From contig CACCLU010000004.1 of assembly GCA_902546975.1 (NCBI GenBank), forward strand, positions 89,134 through 153,133: a stretch of DNA of 64,000 bases, in the 5' to 3' direction. The notes below the pieces were generated by a model. It saw nothing but the letters and a program-made list of their open reading frames with translations, did no database searches and had not been told where the DNA came from. Origin of the DNA: an uncultured Alphaproteobacteria bacterium (GTDB lineage: Bacteria; Pseudomonadota; Alphaproteobacteria; HIMB59). Positions 11,147 to 19,271 of this stretch are shown one piece after another (within the stretch, counting starts at the first letter, position 1; the number at the start of each line of letters is the position of its first letter). The translations under genes and the position numbers were made by a program.

Positions 11147-12544
11147 TTAAAATAACTTTAAATATTCTTTGATTTCCCAATCAGTTGTAGTTGTATGATA
11201 TCTAGACCACTCATCATATTTATATCCAATAAAATTGTTTATCATAGCCTCAGAAAAAACTTTTTTAGTTAATTTATCAGCAGCAAAAGCGTCTACTGCC
11301 TCTAATAAATTTCTTGGCAGTGTAGTAACCTCTTTTTTTTCTTTCTCGGTCAAATCATAAAGACTTTTATTAGTTGGTTTTGGGGGCTTCATTTTTTTGT
11401 CGATACCCTCTGTAACAGCTGCGGCTAATAAAGAAAAAGTTAAATAAGGATTTTGAGTTAAATCAGACGCCCTATTTTCTATACAATATCTATTTTGCGG
11501 TAGTCTTATCATAGCTGATCTATTATTACTGCCGTATGTCATGTGTGTAGGAGCCCATGTATGACGGCCACCATCAAGGCCCTCAACAGTAGGAACAAAT
11601 CCATTATATGAGTTAACAGTTGGGCACGCTAGAGCTGTAATCGCTGCTCCATGTTTTAAAATTCCAGCGACAGCATTGTAGGCTTTATCAGAGAAATTAT
11701 TCCCATTCTTATATATGTTATTATTTTTCTTTTTAATTGATGCCACACTATGATTGATGTGAGCGCCAGCTCTCCAATCACTAATAGTTGTCTTTGGCAT
11801 AAATGATACAAAATATCCATATTTTTTTGCAACTTCCTTTAGTAATACTCTTAAAAATACAAATCTATCAGCCATCCCTAGAATATCTGTGTAACCGAAA
11901 TCTAATTCATACTGGCCATATGCACCCTCAGCAACGACGTCATGGAGATCCCATTTCAAATCATTATTTAAAATATCTATTATTTCTTTTAAAAAATGCA
12001 TTCCATCTATTGAGTACTCTGAGTCATACCCAAAAGCTTGTCTTCTCAAATTTATAGGATCTCTATCAATTGCTTTAACTGGTTTGTCGCCCTCCCACTT
12101 CATTAAGAAAAATTCAGGTTCAATACCAACAAAAAATTTCAAGTCAGATTTAGCGCTTTCCTTTATTTGTTTTTTTAACGTCATTCTCGGGCAAACATCG
12201 TAAGGTTTGTCATTCCAATATAAATCTGCAAAAACCCATGCACATGTTTTATCCCATGGACATATAACAAGACTATCCAAATCTGGCACAGGGATTTGAT
12301 CATTATCTGCTGGGGTTAATTCTGGAACAAAGGAAACAGAATGAACAGCAAATTGAGGGCCTTTACCCATACAAAGATCCTCAAAATCAGATATAGGCAT
12401 AGGCTTAGTTTTTGGACTACCCAGAAAATCAATCCAATTAGAATAAATGTATTTTACTCCTTTTTTTTCTAAATCCTTTTTTATTTTTCTAACTTTTTTT
12501 ACATCAGGTAAGGCGTCTTTAAAATTTTCAAAATATTGACCCAA
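11147..12544 (-). CDS. Glutamine synthetase-like gamma-glutamyl-amine ligase (paralog 3)
   Basis: GIEPEF, GQYELDF, FMPK, HINHS, NNRSAMIRLP, IENRASD..NPY; TTG start with GGAGGAG Shine-Dalgarno; flap reads TWAP rather than EAP. Confidence 0.85.
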   Translation of the reverse strand: MGQYFENFKDALPDVKKVRKIKKDLEKKGVKYIYSNWIDFLGSPKTKPMPISDFEDLCMGKGPQFAVHSVSFVPELTPADNDQIPVPDLDSLVICPWDKTCAWVFADLYWNDKPYDVCPRMTLKKQIKESAKSDLKFFVGIEPEFFLMKWEGDKPVKAIDRDPINLRRQAFGYDSEYSIDGMHFLKEIIDILNNDLKWDLHDVVAEGAYGQYELDFGYTDILGMADRFVFLRVLLKEVAKKYGYFVSFMPKTTISDWRAGAHINHSVASIKKKNNNIYKNGNNFSDKAYNAVAGILKHGAAITALACPTVNSYNGFVPTVEGLDGGRHTWAPTHMTYGSNNRSAMIRLPQNRYCIENRASDLTQNPYLTFSLLAAAVTEGIDKKMKPPKPTNKSLYDLTEKEKKEVTTLPRNLLEAVDAFAADKLTKKVFSEAMINNFIGYKYDEWSRYHTTTTDWEIKEYLKLF

Positions 12545-12620
12545 GTTAGTCTCCTCCTAAAATTTAAATCTTATCGAATTGAAATTATATGACCATAATA
12601 TAAAATTACTACTTCAAATT

Positions 12621-12866
12621 ATGAATATTGATTACTTTAAAAAATCATGGATTAAATTTTACAAAAGAGGCTTTATGATGGGATTCTTTGTTTTAACTTT
12701 TATACTCACTGTTGATCAGTTTTTACAGACACCACTTTTTTTTAGTAAGATTACAGATATAAAAGTATTTATGTTCATTATATCCACTATTTTTTTTGCA
12801 GCAGTGTTTTGTGGTCTTTTAGCAGTGATTTTTTTATCACTAATTATGATCGCTACTAAAAAATAA
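12621..12866 (+). CDS. Small hypothetical membrane protein (ATG start preferred over the upstream TTG at 12579)
   Basis: Fills an otherwise empty gap; two hydrophobic stretches; no recognisable family. Confidence 0.4.
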   Translation: MNIDYFKKSWIKFYKRGFMMGFFVLTFILTVDQFLQTPLFFSKITDIKVFMFIISTIFFAAVFCGLLAVIFLSLIMIATKK

Positions 12867-13607
12867 TTATAATTTAATATTTTCTAACCAATTCAGTAAT
12901 TCAAGTTCTCTGTTAAATTGATCTTCATTTTCAAAACTTTGTAATTTATTTAATAATGCTTCAAATTCATTTTCACTCATAATCTTTAAATAATTTCTTT
13001 TCCAATAACTCATTAATTTACCGATATAGTTGTATGGTAGTTCTGGATGATATTGAGTACAAAATATGTTTTGTTTTTTATGACATATAGATTGAATAGA
13101 ATGATTATTCTCAGAAATTATGTCAAAGTCCTTGGGAAGAGTTTCTAAACTATCGTAATGATGACCAGGGGCAGTAAATAAATTTTTTTTATTTTTATAA
13201 ACAAAATGATTTTTTATAATTTTTATTTTTTCAGAATATCCAAACTCTGGACTCATAGAACTTGATATTTTTCCTCCAAATGCTGTTACAACCACTTGAA
13301 GACCCCAACAACTTCCCCAAATTGGTCTTTCTAGAGTTGCTATTCTATCAAATATCTTCAACTGATTTTTATTGTGATCATTGTCATCATAAATATTACC
13401 GAGACCTCCGGTCCATAAAAAGGCATCGTAATCTTCAAAACTAAATTTATTTACATCCTCAATGTAAGGTTTATAAACCGAGATATTTGAGAGGGGATTT
13501 TGCTTTTTAATAATTTCTTCAAAAAAACTATATTGATAAGAAGAATTTGATTTAACATGTTCATTATCATGGTTTTGATCCATGCCACTGATAATTAGTA
13601 AATTCAA
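12867..13607 (-). CDS. Class I glutamine amidotransferase-like protein (putative gamma-glutamyl-amide hydrolase)
   Basis: WTGG, nucleophile GSCWGLQ, QYHPE; no synthase domain. Confidence 0.85.
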   Translation of the reverse strand: MNLLIISGMDQNHDNEHVKSNSSYQYSFFEEIIKKQNPLSNISVYKPYIEDVNKFSFEDYDAFLWTGGLGNIYDDNDHNKNQLKIFDRIATLERPIWGSCWGLQVVVTAFGGKISSSMSPEFGYSEKIKIIKNHFVYKNKKNLFTAPGHHYDSLETLPKDFDIISENNHSIQSICHKKQNIFCTQYHPELPYNYIGKLMSYWKRNYLKIMSENEFEALLNKLQSFENEDQFNRELELLNWLENIKL

Positions 13608-13616
13608 GTTTTCTGT

Positions 13617-13787
13617 TTATTTATGTCTAGAGAATTTCTTTTTTAAAATCAATTCGTTATCTTTTTTTGCAATTTTTCTTAAAATAAAAATCATAAATGC
13701 AATCCAAATAACTGCTGCTATTAGTTTATTTTCAGCTATTGATTGAATGAGATTTTGAAAAAAGAGATTTGAAGTGTTGTAATCCAT
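13617..13787 (-). CDS. Small single-TM protein (56 aa), not in the ORF track
   Basis: Hand translation MDYNTSNLFFQNLIQSIAENKLIAAVIWIAFMIFILRKIAKKDNELILKKKFSRHK; stop 10 nt before the GATase start. Confidence 0.5.
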   Translation of the reverse strand: MDYNTSNLFFQNLIQSIAENKLIAAVIWIAFMIFILRKIAKKDNELILKKKFSRHK

Positions 13788-13793
13788 TTATTA

Positions 13794-13819
13794 TAAGGCG
13801 GGGATAATTCCCCGCCTTA
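13794..13819. terminator. Perfect 11-bp hairpin after the amt operon
   Basis: TAAGGCGGGGA-taat-TCCCCGCCTTA, GC-rich in an AT-rich background. Confidence 0.7.
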
Positions 13820-13828
13820 AATTATACA

Positions 13829-14002
13829 TTATTTTGTTTTTTTTGCAGTATCAGACTCGTGTCTTGCTGTTGCCATAGTGACTAGCACGCATAGAGCAAT
13901 AACAAAAAGGGTCCAAAATATCAGTGCACCTTCACTGTTGGCATAAGTGAAATAAGCGTCCACACCTTCCCAACTATTTTCAGGTCCTGGAAATGTATTC
14001 AT
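13829..14002 (-). CDS. Small membrane protein (57 aa) co-transcribed with amt, not in the ORF track
   Basis: MNTFPGPENSWEGVDAYFTYANSEGALIFWTLFVIALCVLVTMATARHESDTAKKTK; strong SD AAGGAAGGAG; starts 21 nt after the amt stop. Confidence 0.75.
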   Translation of the reverse strand: MNTFPGPENSWEGVDAYFTYANSEGALIFWTLFVIALCVLVTMATARHESDTAKKTK

Positions 14003-14022
14003 ATTTTCTCCTTCCTTATATG

Positions 14023-15300
14023 TTACTGATATGCCTTGAGATTTAACTCAGCGCTATCAATACCTGCTTTTTGAACTGCATCTGGTACACGTAACCAATT
14101 CATCATTTTCATAATGAATGATAAACCATAACCAGGCACAAATCCTACTAAGAACATGACTATACATCCAACTAACTGTCCACCAAAACTTGTTGGAGGA
14201 ATATCACCAGATGCTGGATAGCCTGAAGCAAATAATCCCATTGCAATCACACCCCATATACCGGCAACTCCATGAACAGATATAGCTCCTACTGGATCAT
14301 CAATCTTGAAAACACTGTGTAACCAATTATTCGCAGGAATAATTATAACACCGCCAACAAAACCGAGAACAAAGGCTAATCCTGGATACCAAACATCAAG
14401 CCCAGACGCACAGGAGAAAATACCTGCAAGACCACCTGACATCATCCAGAATGGGTTACCTTTACTCATCCAGAATGCACCAATCATTCCTCCACCTAGA
14501 CCCATGAGGGTATTGAAAGCGAAAGATGATAATGTTGCTGGAGCACCGTAAATGTTTATCCATCCACCAAACTCTGCACCTGCCCAGATTAAACAACCAC
14601 CGAGGAATCCGAAGAAACCAACAATAATCATTAAAAGACCAATAAATGAGAAACGAAGATCATGACCCTCAATCTCATTCGCAGAACCGTCAGCATTGTA
14701 TTTACCAACTCTAGGTCCTAAGTTTAAGACAACTCCGAAAGCAAACCAACCTGCTACCATGTGAACAACACCAGCTGCTCCAACATCATGATATCCGAAT
14801 TGTGTTACTAACCAACCATCAGGATGCCAGCCCCATGAAGCGGCTAAGATCCATGCTACAGACCCTAAAACAACAGCCAAGAAAGTAAATGAGCTAATTC
14901 TTATTCTCTCAAGAACAGATCCTGAAAAAATAGATGCTGTAGTACAAGCAAATAATGTAAATGCTGCCCAGAAAACACCTGTGGCTTGGTCACTTAACAT
15001 TGGCCCCATAGATACATTCCATGGAGTACCATAACCGTCAAGTGCTATTGGAGTAAATCCCTCTGGAAATGCAAGATAAATATACCAACCAAATAACCAG
15101 AAGGTTGGTATCATAAACGCGAACGCTAAAAGGTTTTTTGTAGCTGAAGAGACCGCGTTTTTAAAACGAGACGATCCTACTTCATACATCAAGAAACCTA
15201 CGTGAATTGCAATCATTAACGCAGTACACCACCAATAGTAAGCTTCCATACTGACGTTCGCTTGCATCATCACGTACGATTCAAGTTCTTCAAGTGTCAT
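14023..15300 (-). CDS. amt: Amt-family ammonium/methylammonium transporter
   Basis: About 11 TM segments, twin His (GVVHMVAG, ISVHGVAG), DDPVGA, GxxER; SD AGGAGG. Confidence 0.92.
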   Translation of the reverse strand: MTLEELESYVMMQANVSMEAYYWWCTALMIAIHVGFLMYEVGSSRFKNAVSSATKNLLAFAFMIPTFWLFGWYIYLAFPEGFTPIALDGYGTPWNVSMGPMLSDQATGVFWAAFTLFACTTASIFSGSVLERIRISSFTFLAVVLGSVAWILAASWGWHPDGWLVTQFGYHDVGAAGVVHMVAGWFAFGVVLNLGPRVGKYNADGSANEIEGHDLRFSFIGLLMIIVGFFGFLGGCLIWAGAEFGGWINIYGAPATLSSFAFNTLMGLGGGMIGAFWMSKGNPFWMMSGGLAGIFSCASGLDVWYPGLAFVLGFVGGVIIIPANNWLHSVFKIDDPVGAISVHGVAGIWGVIAMGLFASGYPASGDIPPTSFGGQLVGCIVMFLVGFVPGYGLSFIMKMMNWLRVPDAVQKAGIDSAELNLKAYQ

Positions 15301-15533
15301 TATATGACCTCCTTATTAATTATTACTTTTTATTTTTATAAAAATAAAAAAGAACAGAGAAAAAATCTTTTTACAACTTTTTAGAATCTTCTTTCCTGTA
15401 CTTTTATGTATTTTACTTTTAATTGACTTAATTATAAAATCAAAAGAGATTAATTAATGTTAAAAAAAGATTGAGTTCAATTGTTTTTTTAATGGTATGC
15501 ACGATTTGCATATTTAGATAGAGGAGATATATA

Positions 15534-16841
15534 ATGGCAACTAACCTTCACCAATTTGCAAAAAAAAATGGTGTTAAATATTTTTTTGTAAGCTTTGTAG
15601 ATTTATTTGGAGTGCTCAGATCAAAGCTTGTACCTGCAACAGCTATAGATGAAATTCAATCTGAAGGTGCTGGATTTGCTGGTTTTGCAACATGGCTTGA
15701 TATGTCTCCAGCTGACTCTGATATGTTTGGTATGCCTGATGGTGATAGTGTTATCCAGCTTCCTTGGAATAAAGAAATAGCTTGGGTTGCCTCAGATTTG
15801 TTTATGGATGGTAAACCAGTAGAAACCTCACCCAGAATAGCCTTAAAAAGACAAATAGAAAAAGCAGCTAAAAAAAATCTTTATATGAAGTCAGGTGTTG
15901 AGTGTGAATTTTTTCTAGTTAATGAAGATGGGACTTCTTTATCAGATCAAAGGGATACGCAAGCAAAACCATGCTATGACTCCTCTGCATTAATGAGAAG
16001 ATATGATGTTATTACTGAAATATGTGACTCAATGATCTCACTTGGATGGAAACCTTACCAAAACGACCATGAGGATGCGAATGGTCAATTTGAAATGAAC
16101 TGGGATTTTTCAGATTGTTTAGTAACTGCAGATAGACATGCTTTTTTTAAATTCATGGTGAAATCTATTGCAGAAAAACATTCATTAAGGGCGACTTTCA
16201 TGCCCAAACCTTTCACAAATTTAACAGGCAATGGATGTCATTGTCATATTTCTATTTGGGATAAATCTGGCAAAAAAAATATGTTTTTAGATAAAAAAGA
16301 TGAATTAGGTTTATCCAAAACTGGTTACAATTTCTTAGGTGGAATAATGGAAAGTGCGGACAAAATGGCTGCTGTTTTTAATCCAACTGTAAACTCCTAT
16401 AAAAGAATTAACGGTAGTGTTACAACATCAGGTGCAACTTGGTCACCAAGTTCGATTACTTGGGCAGGTAACAACAGAACACACATGGTAAGAGTTCCTG
16501 GAGCAGGAAGATTTGAATTGAGATTAATGGATGGAGCTACAAATCCTTATTTACTTCAAGCAGGTATTTTACTTTTAGGATTGGACGGTTTAAATAATAA
16601 AAGAGACCCTGGTAAAAGATTAGATATTAATATGTACACAGAGGGTCACAAGGCTGGAAAAGTAAAGAAATTGCCATTAAATCTTCTTGATGCAATACGT
16701 GATTTTGATAAATCAAAAATCATTAGAGCAGGTTTTGGTGATGATTTAGTTAATAGCTATGTCAAACTAAAAAATCAAGATTGGGGTACTTTTAATAAAT
16801 ACCTTTCTAATTGGGAAAGAGAAACAACTCTAGATTGTTAA
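15534..16841 (+). CDS. gmaS: Gamma-glutamylmethylamide synthetase (GlnT/type III-annotated GS)
   Basis: GAGFAGFATWLDMSP, NDHEDANGQFEMNW, SGATWSP; methylamine-cluster context. Confidence 0.88.
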   Translation: MATNLHQFAKKNGVKYFFVSFVDLFGVLRSKLVPATAIDEIQSEGAGFAGFATWLDMSPADSDMFGMPDGDSVIQLPWNKEIAWVASDLFMDGKPVETSPRIALKRQIEKAAKKNLYMKSGVECEFFLVNEDGTSLSDQRDTQAKPCYDSSALMRRYDVITEICDSMISLGWKPYQNDHEDANGQFEMNWDFSDCLVTADRHAFFKFMVKSIAEKHSLRATFMPKPFTNLTGNGCHCHISIWDKSGKKNMFLDKKDELGLSKTGYNFLGGIMESADKMAAVFNPTVNSYKRINGSVTTSGATWSPSSITWAGNNRTHMVRVPGAGRFELRLMDGATNPYLLQAGILLLGLDGLNNKRDPGKRLDINMYTEGHKAGKVKKLPLNLLDAIRDFDKSKIIRAGFGDDLVNSYVKLKNQDWGTFNKYLSNWERETTLDC

Positions 16842-16848
16842 ATTATTT

Positions 16849-17403
16849 ATGACACCTGAAGTTTTACAAGAAAAGTTTCTTGATTGGCAATGTCAATCTA
16901 GAATTCAGGCATTTAGAACACAAAATGGCAGACCAAATTCATCTATGGCACCTATATTGCTTGATAAGAAAGGAAATGAACTTCTAAGAATTATTGTTGT
17001 AATTTCGGAAAATGATCCTGTAAACACTACAAAACTGTTTGAACACACTTTTAAACGAACTTACGATCCTGCTGATCGATTTGATAAAATGAATAAATTT
17101 TTATCTTCTGAATATTTTATGGATAAAGATAAATTTTCAGACTCTTTATTTGCTACTTTTCCAAAAAACTCAAGTATCTCAAAAAAAGTAGTTAAAGACG
17201 GCTCATGTATCTTAGATTTTATTCACCTTTCTACAAATTATAGATTGTCATGCTCTCCTTTTATTCTCGATAAAAATGAGGAACATTGGGAAAATATTTT
17301 TTGGCATAATAAAAATTTTAATTCTGGTTTGGGAAATGACATTGATGTTATAAAATTTATTCCAAACTGGAAAAAATCTAAATTAATAAGAATTAAAGAT
17401 TAA
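16849..17403 (+). CDS. Hypothetical protein co-transcribed with gmaS
   Basis: 184-aa ORF starting 7 nt after the gmaS stop and followed by a hairpin. Confidence 0.75.
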   Translation: MTPEVLQEKFLDWQCQSRIQAFRTQNGRPNSSMAPILLDKKGNELLRIIVVISENDPVNTTKLFEHTFKRTYDPADRFDKMNKFLSSEYFMDKDKFSDSLFATFPKNSSISKKVVKDGSCILDFIHLSTNYRLSCSPFILDKNEEHWENIFWHNKNFNSGLGNDIDVIKFIPNWKKSKLIRIKD

Positions 17404-17416
17404 AATATTTGAAAGT

Positions 17417-17440
17417 ATAAGGGAGCAAAGGCTCCCTTAT
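17417..17440. terminator. Hairpin between convergent operons, probably a bidirectional terminator
   Basis: ATAAGGGAGC-aaag-GCTCCCTTAT. Confidence 0.75.
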
Positions 17441-17450
17441 TTATAAAATT

Positions 17451-17927
17451 TTACTCAACTAACTTAAAGTTCTCACCCTTAGCGTATGTTCTTTTTAACT
17501 GTACCAAGGGATGATTAGGTGACATTTGAAACTTAATTAAAAGTTCTCTTGCTAACATATCTCTGTCTTGTTGGTTTTTTGGAAGTTTAATCTTCTTTGG
17601 TAAAGTTATCCAAGCGTTTGCATTTCTGTCAAACACAGCAGGGGTATCGCCTTCAAAACCCATATGGATGTCCTCTAACCAATTTAAATCATCCCAACCC
17701 ATAATTTCGATATATTGTTTAAGAAATGGTGTTAAGTGCTTGTAATCAGGAATTAGGTTAACATCATAACGATAGCCAATATGCTGGCCAATCATTTTTT
17801 CTCTTGATGTTTTAATTTCCTTATCTTTTAATTTAGCTCCGCCGACAACTTGATAACCTTTTGACTTAGTAGGTTTTTTTGATTTTGCAGAAGTTGATTT
17901 CTTTTTTGTAACTTTCTTTTTAACCAT
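17451..17927 (-). CDS. Hypothetical protein with Lys-rich N-terminal tail
   Basis: SD AGGAG; last gene of the 23893-17451 operon. Confidence 0.75.
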   Translation of the reverse strand: MVKKKVTKKKSTSAKSKKPTKSKGYQVVGGAKLKDKEIKTSREKMIGQHIGYRYDVNLIPDYKHLTPFLKQYIEIMGWDDLNWLEDIHMGFEGDTPAVFDRNANAWITLPKKIKLPKNQQDRDMLARELLIKFQMSPNHPLVQLKRTYAKGENFKLVE

Positions 17928-17936
17928 AATACTCTC

Positions 17937-19271
17937 CTAAATTGAGTGGTAGTTATCTACACCTACTGTTAAATCTGTACCAGCCAATGGAACTTTAGCC
18001 ATTGCTGATGACTCCATTGTCAATGCAGCTAGATCTTCTGGCTCAAGTGAGTGAATGTTTGTCTTACCACATGCTCTTGCTAACATTTGGCACTCAAGAG
18101 TCATAGTGCTAAGCAAATTATAAACTCTCTCTGCTGCCTCTGTTGGGTCTAATCTACTTCTAAGAACAGGATCCTGTGTGGCCACACCAACTGGACATCT
18201 ACCAGTATGGCAGTGATAGCAGTAACCTGCCTCCACTCCCATTTCTTTTTCATAATCAGCTTCTGGAATATCTTTGTTACAGTTCAGTGCTACTAATCCA
18301 GCTGTACCGATAGCAATAGCATCTGCACCAAGAGCTAAGGCTTTAGCCATATCAGCTCCATCTCTAATACCTCCAGCAAATACCAATGATATTTCACCAG
18401 TTTTACCAACATCGTCCAAAGCTCTTCTTGCTTCTCTAATTGCCCCAATACCAGGAATACCAGTATTAGCTGCTGCGATGTGTGGGCCAGCTGCTGTTGA
18501 GCCTTCCATAGAGTCTAAAAATATAGAGTCAGGGTCACATTTTGCTGCCATTCTGACATCGTCATAAACTCTTGATGCACCTAATTTCAATTGAATTGGC
18601 ACTTGATTGTCAGTTAATTCTCTTAATTCTTGAACCTTAAGAGCTAAATCGTCCGGTCCCATCCAGTCTGGGTGTCTAGCAGGGGATCTTTGATCAATAC
18701 CAGCAGGTAATGATCTCATCTCAGCTACTTGGTCAGTAACTTTCTGGCCCATTAAGTGACCACCCATCCCAACTTTTTGACCTTGGCCAATGAAAACCTC
18801 AATAGCGTCAGCTAATTGAGCATGGTGTGGGTTGAAGCCATACCTGGATTGAATACATTGATAATACCATTTGTGAGAGTACCTTCTCTCATCAGGTATC
18901 ATACCCCCTTCTCCAGAGCAAGTTGCACTTCCAGCCATTGATGAACCTCTAGCTAAAGCAGTTTTTGCTTCATAAGAAAGAGCACCAAAACTCATACTTG
19001 TTATGTAAACAGGAATATCAAGTTTGATAGGATTTTTTGCTCTAGGGCCTATTATTGTTTCTGTTAGACACTTCTCTCTGTAACCTTCAATAACAAATCT
19101 TGTTAATGTGCCTGGTAAAAAAACTAAATCATCCCAGTGAGGAATTTTTTTCATTAACGCCATACCACGCATACGATAACGACCAAGTTGTGATTTGATA
19201 TGAATGTCGTCCATTACCTCGGGGGTAAAAATTGAGTTTTGTCCTAATAATTGTGTATTACGTTTTGCCAT
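17937..19271 (-). CDS. FMN-binding glutamate synthase-family subunit (MgsC paralog retaining Cys cluster)
   Basis: SMSFGALS, SGEGG, GQGQKVGMGGHL, SPARHPD, CYHCHTGRCPVGVATQD. Confidence 0.88.
   Translation of the reverse strand: MAKRNTQLLGQNSIFTPEVMDDIHIKSQLGRYRMRGMALMKKIPHWDDLVFLPGTLTRFVIEGYREKCLTETIIGPRAKNPIKLDIPVYITSMSFGALSYEAKTALARGSSMAGSATCSGEGGMIPDERRYSHKWYYQCIQSRYGFNPHHAQLADAIEVFIGQGQKVGMGGHLMGQKVTDQVAEMRSLPAGIDQRSPARHPDWMGPDDLALKVQELRELTDNQVPIQLKLGASRVYDDVRMAAKCDPDSIFLDSMEGSTAAGPHIAAANTGIPGIGAIREARRALDDVGKTGEISLVFAGGIRDGADMAKALALGADAIAIGTAGLVALNCNKDIPEADYEKEMGVEAGYCYHCHTGRCPVGVATQDPVLRSRLDPTEAAERVYNLLSTMTLECQMLARACGKTNIHSLEPEDLAALTMESSAMAKVPLAGTDLTVGVDNYHSI

Noticed and set aside
15493-15511. 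Possible sigma-54 promoter or NtrC site upstream of gmaS (TGGTATGCACGATTTGCAT)
   Set aside because: The GG-to-GC spacing is 12 nt rather than the required 10. The ATGCA-N5-TGCAT palindrome does not fit the 17-bp NtrC box and I saw it only once.
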